The translations under genes were made by a program, and so were the position numbers. This document shows, one piece after another, positions 11,168 to 18,988 of a stretch of 64,000 nt of DNA; positions within the stretch are counted from its first letter, which is position 1, and each line of letters begins with the position of its first letter. The notes under the pieces were generated by a model. The model saw nothing but the letters and a program-made list of their open reading frames with translations. It was not told the origin of the DNA and did no database searches. Origin of the DNA: Solirubrobacterales bacterium (GTDB taxonomy: Bacteria > Actinomycetota > Thermoleophilia > Solirubrobacterales > JBBDJG01); contig JBBQNR010000006.1 of the NCBI GenBank assembly GCA_038330145.1, forward strand, positions 2,773 through 66,772, read 5' to 3'.

Positions 11168-11968
11168 ATGGAGACCGTGGAAGGAAGGCTCGGCCAGCTC
11201 TCTACGCTGGAAGAGGCGATCGCCGCCCCCGCGGCCATCCGCCTGGCGGTTGTGGACGCGGACTCCGGCTTCACCCAGGTGCTCTTGAAGCGGGTCTCGG
11301 CCGTCGGCTGGCGGGCGGACCTGCTGCCCGCTCCTCCGCCGGTCGAAGAGCTGAACGCGATGCGGCTGCACGCCGTGGTGATCGATGTCGCCCAGCTCGG
11401 CTCGGAGGCATGGAATTACCTCGGCCGCCTCTGCGGATCCTCCTCGGCCCAGGTCGTGATCGTCTGCACCGGCGCCAGCTCGGTGGCACAGCGGGTTCGC
11501 GGCCTACGGCTGGGCGCCGACGACTGGATCAGCAAGCCGTGCCATCCCGAGGAGGTGCTTGCGCGCGTGGAGGCCTCCGTGCGAGCGCGCCACGCCGGCG
11601 GCGTCTCCGCTCCCGACCCTGTCGTCGCCGGTGAGCTCGAGATCCGGCCGGACATGTTCGAGGCCTTCGTCGGGGGGCGGGCGCTGGGACTCACCCGCAG
11701 GGAGCTCGAGCTCCTTCAATTGCTCGCCTCTCAGAGCGGCAGGGTCATCCCGCGAGAACGCATCTACGAGCGGGTCTGGGGTTACTCGATGGCCCACGGC
11801 GACCGCTCGGTGGACGTCTTCGTCAGGAAGCTGCGCCGCAAGCTCGAGGGGGCGTCGCCGGGCTGGCGCTACCTGCACACGCACTTCGGGGTCGGGTACC
11901 GATTCGACCCCCAGGAGGCCGGGAGCGGTTCCTCACCCGGCCCCTCTGCTAGCTTGCCGCCTGCCTGA
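11168..11968 (+). CDS. OmpR/PhoB-family response regulator
   Basis: GADDWISKP receiver motif; winged helix LTRRELELL, VWGY, RSVDVFVRKLRRKLE, THFGVGYRF; TACACT 8 nt before the ATG. Confidence 0.88.
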   Translation: METVEGRLGQLSTLEEAIAAPAAIRLAVVDADSGFTQVLLKRVSAVGWRADLLPAPPPVEELNAMRLHAVVIDVAQLGSEAWNYLGRLCGSSSAQVVIVCTGASSVAQRVRGLRLGADDWISKPCHPEEVLARVEASVRARHAGGVSAPDPVVAGELEIRPDMFEAFVGGRALGLTRRELELLQLLASQSGRVIPRERIYERVWGYSMAHGDRSVDVFVRKLRRKLEGASPGWRYLHTHFGVGYRFDPQEAGSGSSPGPSASLPPA

Positions 11969-12008
11969 GTCGGGCACTCTCCCCGGCTCGTATCGGGCGC
12001 CGCTTCAG

Positions 12009-12629
12009 ATGGCTCGATTTAGCCTCGTTCCAAAGGACCGCGAGTTCTTCAACCTGTTCGAGGAGGCTGGCGCCAACATCATGCACGCGGCGCAGCTTCT
12101 GACCAAGCTGATGAAGACGTGGCCCGACGCCGGCGGTCTCGGTCGCGAGATCCTGATCTGCGAGCAGGAGGGCGACCGGATCACGCACGACATCATCCAC
12201 CGGCTCAACAGCACCTCGGTGACGCCGATCGACCGCGAGGACATCTACGCGCTCGCCTCGGCGCTCGACGACGTCGTCGACTTCACCGAGGAGGCGGCCG
12301 ACTTCATGGGCCTCTACAACATCGAGGCCCCGATGGAGCAGGCTCAACAGCTGACGAGAGTGCTGGAGGATTCATGCCGCAACATCGCCCAGGCGCTGGC
12401 GAGACTGCGTGGCATGAAGGAGCTGAACCACTACTTCGTCGAGGTCAACAGGCTCGAGAACGAGGGCGACAGGATCACTCGCGAGGCACTGGCATCATTG
12501 TTCAGGAACGGAATCGACCCCATGATGGTCATCCGCTGGAAGGACATCTTCGAGCGCCTCGAGCACGCCATCGATGCCTGTGAGCACGTCGCGAACATCC
12601 TCGAAGGGATAATCGTCAAGCACGCATGA
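12009..12629 (+). CDS. DUF47 family phosphate transport regulator (Pit accessory)
   Basis: EQEGDRITHDI, TPIDREDI, LENEGD, DACEHVA; immediately upstream of pit. Confidence 0.9.
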   Translation: MARFSLVPKDREFFNLFEEAGANIMHAAQLLTKLMKTWPDAGGLGREILICEQEGDRITHDIIHRLNSTSVTPIDREDIYALASALDDVVDFTEEAADFMGLYNIEAPMEQAQQLTRVLEDSCRNIAQALARLRGMKELNHYFVEVNRLENEGDRITREALASLFRNGIDPMMVIRWKDIFERLEHAIDACEHVANILEGIIVKHA

Positions 12630-12642
12630 CGGGTAGGGGTGC

Positions 12643-13773
12643 ATGGACAGCGACGTTGTCCTTGTAATCGTCGTCGCCACCGCGCTCGCGTTCGACTTCA
12701 CCAACGGCTTCCACGACACGGCCAACGTCGTGGCGACGGTGATCTCGACCCGGGCGCTGCCGCCGCGCGTGGCCGTGGGCCTGGCCGCGATCCTCAACTT
12801 CGCGGGGGCGTTCATCTCGCTCGCGGTCGCGGCCACCGTGGCGAAGGGAATCGTCGAGGCGGACCTGATCACCCCCACGATCGTGTTCGCCGGCCTGATT
12901 GGCGCCATCACGTGGAACCTGACCACGTGGTACTTCGGCCTTCCCTCGAGCTCGTCGCATGCGCTGATCGGGGGCGTGGTGGGGTCCGCCCTGGTGGCGG
13001 AGGGAACGGCGGCCATCAACGGCGACGGGCTGCTCTCCAAGGTAATGGTGCCGGCGCTTGTCGCTCCCCTGCTCGCCTTCGTCATCGCCGGCACCGCAAT
13101 CGTGATCGCCTACCGCATCACCGGGCGCATGAGACCCGGCAACGTCAACCGCGGATACCGGCTGGGTCAGATGCTCTCCGGCGGGATGCTGGCGCTTTCC
13201 CACGGCACCAACGACGCCCAGAAGACGATGGGCATCATCACGCTGGCGCTGATCGCCCACGGCGACATCGCGGCGGACAACTTCCACGTCCCGTTCTGGG
13301 TCGTGGCGTCGTCTGCGACCGCGATCGCGCTCGGCACCTACGTCGGTGGCTGGCGGATCATCCGCACCCTCGGCACGAGGATCATCAAGATGGACGCGGC
13401 CCAGGGCTTTGCCGCGCAGAGCTCGGGGGCGGCGGTGATCCTGGCCTCGTCTCACTTCGGCTACCCACTCTCGACCACGCACACGATCTCGGGGGCGGTG
13501 ATGGGCGCCGGCGCGGCCAAGCGCCTGTCCGCCGTGCGCTGGGGGGTGGCCGGCAACATCGTCGCCGCCTGGATCCTCACCCTGCCCGCCGCGGGAGCGA
13601 TCGGCGCGGCCTGCTACGGCCTGACGCGGATATTCGGCACGGGAGCGCTCGGGCCATTGGTGGTTTCGGTGCTCGCGCTGGGCCTGGTCGCGGCGCTGTT
13701 CGGGAAACGACTGCGCCACGCGACTCCACCACCACCGCCACCTCCGCTGCCCGTTGCCGAGGTCGAGCGATGA
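12643..13773 (+). CDS. pit: Inorganic phosphate transporter, PiT family
   Basis: FTNGFHDTAN, PSSSSHALIG, HGTNDAQKTMG, PLSTTH. Confidence 0.95.
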   Translation: MDSDVVLVIVVATALAFDFTNGFHDTANVVATVISTRALPPRVAVGLAAILNFAGAFISLAVAATVAKGIVEADLITPTIVFAGLIGAITWNLTTWYFGLPSSSSHALIGGVVGSALVAEGTAAINGDGLLSKVMVPALVAPLLAFVIAGTAIVIAYRITGRMRPGNVNRGYRLGQMLSGGMLALSHGTNDAQKTMGIITLALIAHGDIAADNFHVPFWVVASSATAIALGTYVGGWRIIRTLGTRIIKMDAAQGFAAQSSGAAVILASSHFGYPLSTTHTISGAVMGAGAAKRLSAVRWGVAGNIVAAWILTLPAAGAIGAACYGLTRIFGTGALGPLVVSVLALGLVAALFGKRLRHATPPPPPPPLPVAEVER

Positions 13774-14015
13774 CCGTGCTGGCGACGATCGTCGACACCT
13801 CGGCTCTGCTCAAGGTGGTGGTCTACTCGCTGGCGGCCGTGGTGGGGGTCACCGTTGCCGTGTCGCTGGCGATCCTGGGCGCCACCCGGTTCGCGGACAT
13901 GCGCGCCGACGAGCGCCCGCTCGAGGCGACGGCCTTCGCCATCCTGACCGCCCTGGCGCTTGCCGCCTCGATCGGGTCGGCGGCGCTCGGGGTAGCAGTT
14001 ATGTTGTCGAAGTAG
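13770..14015 (+). CDS. Small two-TM membrane protein
   Basis: ATGA overlap with the pit stop; two hydrophobic segments. Confidence 0.7.
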   Translation: MTVLATIVDTSALLKVVVYSLAAVVGVTVAVSLAILGATRFADMRADERPLEATAFAILTALALAASIGSAALGVAVMLSK

Positions 14016-14017
14016 CC

Positions 14018-14377
14018 ATGCCGCCCCTAGCGCGCAACATCGCCATCATCGCCCTGGTCGCGCTCGCGATCGTGGCGCTGCCCGGAGGTGGCACCGCCGC
14101 AGCGGTCGTGGTCGCCGTCATCTCGCTCGCCTTCCTGGGAGCGATGGCCTGGTTCGCCCAACGTCTATATAAGGAGAACCAGTTCACTCTCCTGAGCATG
14201 ACCACGGCTCACCGGGCACTGCTCTACGGCGGCATCGCGCTCGCCTTCATGACGCTTGTCGCAACACCGGAGCTGACCCAGACCGGCGCCGGCACGCTGG
14301 CATGGATCGTGTTGCTGGCGGCCGCCGGCGGCTCGGTGTTCTACGTCTGGAACGAGTCCAGGCGCTACCGGATCTAG
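14018..14377 (+). CDS. Membrane protein (about 4 TM)
   Basis: ATG 2 nt after the previous stop; hydrophobic helices; high-GC codon pattern. Confidence 0.7.
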   Translation: MPPLARNIAIIALVALAIVALPGGGTAAAVVVAVISLAFLGAMAWFAQRLYKENQFTLLSMTTAHRALLYGGIALAFMTLVATPELTQTGAGTLAWIVLLAAAGGSVFYVWNESRRYRI

Positions 14378-14465
14378 GCCTCGGCGCCGGCCCTAGGCCC
14401 TCGGCGCCGGGATCTAGGCTCGGCTCCGGCCGGCCCTGGGCGCCCTCGGCACCGGGATCTAGGCG
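14368..14465. repeat. Imperfect ~20-bp tandem repeat (CTCGGCGCCGGGATCTAGGC-like) between convergent genes
   Basis: About five units visible; first and last CTAG supply the stop codons of both flanking genes. Confidence 0.7.
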
Positions 14466-14893
14466 CCCTGGTCCTTCGCGGTCCTCGGCTTCAGGCCCGC
14501 TGCCGTCAGCGCCTCTCCGCGGTCGTAGAAGACCCTGACCTCGCGTGCCGACGTGGGACCCACCTTCCAGAGCATGGCGACCGGGGCCTCGCCCTCGACC
14601 TTGCTGGTGGTGCCGCGTGCCCAGATGCGCAGGAACACCAGCACCTGGTCGTCGCCGACGGGGATGAACTCGTCGGCATCCACGCGTACCCCTTCCCAGG
14701 ACTCACCGAGCTTCTCGAAGTAGTCCCGCACGCCCTGGTGGCCCTTCCAGGTTCCGTTCAACGGCGGTGGCGTGAGGGCGATCCACTCGATTTCGGGGTC
14801 GAGCAGCCACAGGATCGCGTCCACGCCCTCTTCCTTGAACGCCTTATAGCCGAGCCTCATCACCTCGACGTTGCGATTGGAGATCTCTGACAC
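14459..14893 (-). CDS. SnoaL-like (NTF2-fold) protein
   Basis: NVEVMRLGY, LDPEIEW, WKGHQGVRDYF, EALTAAGL; GTG 6 nt after GATACT. Confidence 0.85.
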   Translation of the reverse strand: MSEISNRNVEVMRLGYKAFKEEGVDAILWLLDPEIEWIALTPPPLNGTWKGHQGVRDYFEKLGESWEGVRVDADEFIPVGDDQVLVFLRIWARGTTSKVEGEAPVAMLWKVGPTSAREVRVFYDRGEALTAAGLKPRTAKDQGA

Positions 14894-15032
14894 GTGCCAA
14901 GTATCCCGTTTCCAGCCGGAAGGGGAGATTCGATCAGGCCGGCGGGCAAGTCGTTGCCGACTTCCCACAGGTCCGTGACACCGATGCCGTCAGCCACAAC
15001 CGTCGCCTGGCTAACTTGGCGGCGAGGCAAGG

Positions 15033-15413
15033 ATGCAAACGATCGGAGCGCAGCGAAAGGATTCGGAACGCGGGCAGGCGACCGTCGAGTTCGTCGGCAT
15101 CCTGCCCGCGGCGCTACTCGTTGCCGCGCTCGCGCTGCAACTTGCAGTGGCCGGCCATGCGACCTGGCTGGCCGCCAATGCTGCCCGGGTGGCCGCTCGG
15201 GCGGCGGCGGTCGGCGGCGATCCCAGGCCGGCGGCACGCAGTGCGCTGCCCTCGTACCTCGAGCGTGGGATGAGCGTCTCCGCAGAGCGGAGTGGAGCCG
15301 GGCGTGGCGCCGTCACCGTCCGCGTGCGTATGCCGCTGCTGGGAACGCGATGGCGGTCGCCGCTCTCGGTCCGGGCGCGAGCCGCCATGGAGCCGCAGTC
15401 GGATGGCGGTTGA
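15033..15413 (+). CDS. TadE-like minor pilin
   Basis: Prepilin-type motif RGQATVEF, TM helix, AARVAARAAA. Confidence 0.8.
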   Translation: MQTIGAQRKDSERGQATVEFVGILPAALLVAALALQLAVAGHATWLAANAARVAARAAAVGGDPRPAARSALPSYLERGMSVSAERSGAGRGAVTVRVRMPLLGTRWRSPLSVRARAAMEPQSDGG

Positions 15414-15756
15414 CGGAGCGGCCGGACAGGCCACCGTGGAGATGCTCGGTGCAACGGTCGCGCTGCTGCTTGCCGGCCTGATCGCGTTCCAGTTGCTGGC
15501 GGCCGGCTACGCCGCCGTGATGGCCGACCATGCGGCCGAGGCGGCGGCACTTGCGCTCGTCAACGGGCGCGACCCGAGCGCAGCCGCTGAGCGAGCGCTT
15601 CCGGGCTGGCCCCGGCGAGCATTGCGTGTGAGGTCCGAGGGCGGCACGGCGGTGGTGACGCTGGTGCCACCTTCGCCACTTGCCTTCCTACGCGACCGCC
15701 TCTCCTTCACCGCCGAGGCGACGGCGCGGATGCCCGCGGCCCTGCCGGGAAGTTGA
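15403..15756 (+). CDS. TadE/TadF-like minor pilin
   Basis: GQATVEML, TM helix, AAEAAALA; overlaps previous gene. Confidence 0.75.
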   Translation: MAVDGAAGQATVEMLGATVALLLAGLIAFQLLAAGYAAVMADHAAEAAALALVNGRDPSAAAERALPGWPRRALRVRSEGGTAVVTLVPPSPLAFLRDRLSFTAEATARMPAALPGS

Positions 15757-16451
15757 GGGAGCTGCTGACAACCGCACTTCAGCGCGCCAACGGCTATCTG
15801 CTCGAGCCGCCGGCGGTTGCCGTTGCGGAACCCGAGATCGAGATCCGGCCGCGCGAGGCTCCGTCTGTCGGCCTCAACGTTCTGCTGCTCGGGCTGACCC
15901 GTCCCTGCGGTCTCTCGACGCTTGCGCGTGGCCTGGCCGCCCAGCTCGCGGCAGGCGGTGCGCGGCCGGCGCACGTCATCTCCCTCGGTGCATCCGATCA
16001 GGTCTCGGCGCGGCCGCAAAGGATCCAGGGCGGCGGCCGCGTCTGGGACGTGCCCTCCACCCTGCAAGACCAGCAAGAGGTGGCGGAGTACGGGCGCCTG
16101 GTCAGCCGCGTCGTCGGTGACGCCGCCATCGTCTGGGACGTCCCGGCCACCGAGGTCGAGCGCGTGAAGGGCCTTCCCCCCGGGCTGACGCTCGTTCTGG
16201 TCGCTCCCGCTGTGTCGCAGCCGGCGCTCGCCCAACTCGTCGCCGAGATGCTTTCGGAACGCTTTGCCGGGCTGCGCGTGGTCGTCAACCGGGTTCGCTC
16301 GCCCGATCGCTGGTCGGGTCCGGCGGCGCTGTGCATTCCCGAGTCGAAGGTCGCCGCCATGCTGGCGAGCAGGGGTAGGCGCCCGGGCGGCGAGTTCGGT
16401 GCGGCGCTCACCCGGTTGGCGGCGCTGGTCGGTGTCGAGTCGCTTCCATGA
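15753..16451 (+). CDS. Degenerate MinD/CpaE-like P-loop protein
   Basis: LLLGLTRPCGLSTLARGLA resembles a deviant Walker A; IVWDVP and VVVNRV; overlaps both neighbours by 4 nt. Confidence 0.5.
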   Translation: MRELLTTALQRANGYLLEPPAVAVAEPEIEIRPREAPSVGLNVLLLGLTRPCGLSTLARGLAAQLAAGGARPAHVISLGASDQVSARPQRIQGGGRVWDVPSTLQDQQEVAEYGRLVSRVVGDAAIVWDVPATEVERVKGLPPGLTLVLVAPAVSQPALAQLVAEMLSERFAGLRVVVNRVRSPDRWSGPAALCIPESKVAAMLASRGRRPGGEFGAALTRLAALVGVESLP

Positions 16452-17785
16452 CCGCGACACCGCGACACCGCGAACGTGGCCAGGCATTCGTGCTGCTGGT
16501 CGCGGCGCTGCTGGCGCTGGCCCTCGGCGTCGGAGCGCTCGGCGCGCTGGGGCGGGCTCTGCTCGGGAAGGGCAGGATGCAGCGCGCCGCCGATCTTGCC
16601 GCCGTGTCGGCGGCTCGCTCCATGCGCGACGACTTCCCGCGTCTGTTCGAGCCGCCGGTCGACCGGGCGGGCCGGCCCAACAGCCGCCATCTCGAGAAGG
16701 ATCGCTACTTGGAACGAGCCCAGCGAACCGCCGTGGAGGTGGCGAGGCTCAACGGAGCGAGCCTGATCCGCTCCGACGTCGACTTCCCCGACCACACCAG
16801 CTTCGCGCCGGTTCGCGTCCGCGTCCAAATGCGAGGCATGCTGGAGACCGGAGGCTCACGCCGTGCTCGCGACCGGGTTGCAGCGAGCGCGACCGCGGAG
16901 GCACAGTTCGGCCTGCCCGCACAGCCAGGCAACACCACCATGGAGGGAGGCGGTTACCAGGGTCCGTTCGCCTACCGCCAGGGCAAGCCGATGCGTCCGG
17001 ACGTGGCGCGGGCATTCGACCGCATGCAATCGGAAGCGCGTGGCGACGGCATCCAGCTCGTCATTGCGTCCGCATATCGCTCCGATGCCGAGCAGGCGCA
17101 GCTCTACGCCCGACATCCCGATCCCCGCTGGGTCGCCCCGCCCGGCACGTCGCTGCACCGCCTCGGCACCGAGCTCGACCTCGGCCCACCATCCGCGGAT
17201 CGCTGGCTGGCGGCCAACGCCGGCAGCTTTCACTTCCTCCAGCGCTATTCCTGGGAGCCGTGGCACTACGGCTACACGCTCAACCCGCGTTCGACTCCCG
17301 ACCATCTGCGGGGAGCCGGCCGGCCCGGTGACGGCGAGACGGCAATGCCGTCCTTCGTCCCGGCCGGATTTCGGCCACAGATCGCCCATGCCGCCAGCCG
17401 TTGGAACGTCTCGGCCTCGTTGCTGGCCGCCCAGCTCTACGTGGAGTCCAACTTCAACCCGTTCGCCGTCAGTCCGGCCGGCGCCCGCGGCATCGCCCAG
17501 TTCATGCCCGGCACCGCCCAGTCATACGGCCTCGACGATCCCTTCGACGCCGCCGCGGCCATCAACGCCCAGGCGCACCTGATGCGCGACCTGCTGCGGC
17601 GCTTCGGCTCCGTCGCCCTCGCACTCGCCGGCTACAACGCCGGGTCCGGCGCCGTCGACCGCTGCGCCTGCGTTCCCCCCTTCATCGAAACCCAGGCATA
17701 CGTCGCCAGGGTGCTGGCGTTGATGGGTGGAGCGGGGGAGACGACCGGCGCCGCAAGCACCCTCGAGGTTCGCTTGGTCAGCTAG
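16448..17785 (+). CDS. TadG-like pilin N-terminus fused to M15 D,D-peptidase and SLT lytic transglycosylase
   Basis: RGQAFVLL, TM, MQRAADLAAVSAA; SAYRS...SLHRLGTELD...EPWHY; VESNFNPFAVSPAGARGIAQFMP...GYNAG. Confidence 0.85.
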   Translation: MTATPRHRERGQAFVLLVAALLALALGVGALGALGRALLGKGRMQRAADLAAVSAARSMRDDFPRLFEPPVDRAGRPNSRHLEKDRYLERAQRTAVEVARLNGASLIRSDVDFPDHTSFAPVRVRVQMRGMLETGGSRRARDRVAASATAEAQFGLPAQPGNTTMEGGGYQGPFAYRQGKPMRPDVARAFDRMQSEARGDGIQLVIASAYRSDAEQAQLYARHPDPRWVAPPGTSLHRLGTELDLGPPSADRWLAANAGSFHFLQRYSWEPWHYGYTLNPRSTPDHLRGAGRPGDGETAMPSFVPAGFRPQIAHAASRWNVSASLLAAQLYVESNFNPFAVSPAGARGIAQFMPGTAQSYGLDDPFDAAAAINAQAHLMRDLLRRFGSVALALAGYNAGSGAVDRCACVPPFIETQAYVARVLALMGGAGETTGAASTLEVRLVS

Positions 17786-17951
17786 TGGCCCTTCTCAAAA
17801 CGTTTCACCGGGAACGGCGGCCTCCGTGGCCGCCATGCGGCGTCCTCGGTCGACCCTGTACTGGCCAGTACAGGGTCTCCCTGCGTTCTTGCCTGGCGGC
17901 CTCCGGGGCGCCTCGCCGTTCCCTGGCGAACGTTCCGAGAAGGCCCACTAG
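17782..17951. mobile_element. MITE-like element with imperfect terminal inverted repeats bounded by CTAG
   Basis: Left ctagtggcccttctcaaaacgtttcaccgggaacggcg vs reverse complement of right ctagtgggccttctcggaacgttcgccagggaacggcg; internal palindrome gaccctgtactggccagtacagggtc; no ORF. Confidence 0.75.
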
Positions 17952-18310
17952 ACGTCGACAATCACCTTGAAGCCGCCATAGACCATGCGCTTGCCGTCGA
18001 AGGGCATGGCCTTCTGACCCATCATGTCGGCCATCCGCGGGTCCTACATCACCTTGGCGTTGATGCGGTCGCGATCGGCACGGGACTTGTAAACGATCCA
18101 CGAGAACACGACGGTCTCGCTGGGCTTGAGCTTGACGCTCTGTGGAAATGACGTGACCTTTCCCTTCTTCACGTCGTCGGCGACGCATTCACGGTATTCG
18201 AGCGCGCCGTGCTCGCGCCAGATCTTGCCCGCCTTGCGCGCCATGCGGCGGTAGGCATCGATGTTGCGCTTCGGAACCGCAACAACAAATCCATCGACGT
18301 AGTTGGCCAT
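17948..18310 (-). pseudogene. DUF1428 family protein with in-frame TAG
   Basis: MANYVDGFVVAVP...INAKVM*DPRMADMMGQKAMPFDGKRMVYGGFKVIVDV; TAG at 18044-18046 with the family C-terminus continuing in frame. Confidence 0.8.
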
Positions 18311-18455
18311 GCGAATCTCCTCTGGTTGCTGTTGGTGGACGTAGTGACGTCCGGGGACCGTGCGGCGGTCGGCCAACGGACCCTATTACGAGAGAAGACC
18401 GCCGACGGCGAGCAAAATCATCGCTCCCGCCCATTAGTCCGAGATCGGCCCGCGC

Positions 18456-18899
18456 TCAGCGCTCTGCGCCGGCGAGCTTGCGCAGCAGGCGGCGAAGCGT
18501 CTCCAGCTCGCGTTCGTCGAGCGGGGCGAACACCTCCTGCGCCATCTTGGTGGCGGCGTCTCGCGCCCGCTGAAGCGTTCTGCGGCCGCGCCCGGTCAGG
18601 TGCACCGCGTGCTTGCGACGGTCCTCCGTGTGCCGGCGGCGCTCGGCGAGCCCCATCTGCTCCAGCTCGTCGATCACCGCCACCATCGAGCTTGGGTCGA
18701 TCAGTGAGCGGGTCACCAGCTCCTGCTGGGCCAACCCGGGATGCGCGTCGATCAGCGTCATGACGCCGAAGTGGGGTGGGCGCAGTTCGAGCGGCGCCAG
18801 CGCCGCGGCGAACCTGTATGCCATTCGCTGCCCGTTCCAGGAGAGCAGGAAGCCTGGGGCGCTCGCCAGCGGCTCGGGTGGCGGGTCATCGAAGCGCAT
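18456..18899 (-). CDS. MarR-family transcriptional regulator
   Basis: QQELV, SMVAVIDELE, EDRRKHAVHLTGRG; divergent from MMPL gene. Confidence 0.92.
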   Translation of the reverse strand: MRFDDPPPEPLASAPGFLLSWNGQRMAYRFAAALAPLELRPPHFGVMTLIDAHPGLAQQELVTRSLIDPSSMVAVIDELEQMGLAERRRHTEDRRKHAVHLTGRGRRTLQRARDAATKMAQEVFAPLDERELETLRRLLRKLAGAER

Positions 18900-18924
18900 T
18901 GTGTGACCAAAGATACTACGGACT

Positions 18925-18937
18925 ACAAATCATTTGT
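18925..18937. promoter_or_regulatory. Candidate MarR operator ACAAAT-C-ATTTGT
   Basis: AT-rich palindrome in the divergent marR-mmpL intergenic region. Confidence 0.55.
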
Positions 18938-18988
18938 GATAGAAACTGTTTTTTGGCCCAACCAGAACTTCCCCGGAGGTAGCAATCG

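Noticed and set aside
14368-14465. Possible CRISPR array
   Set aside because: Units are adjacent with no unique spacers, are degenerate, and no cas genes are present.
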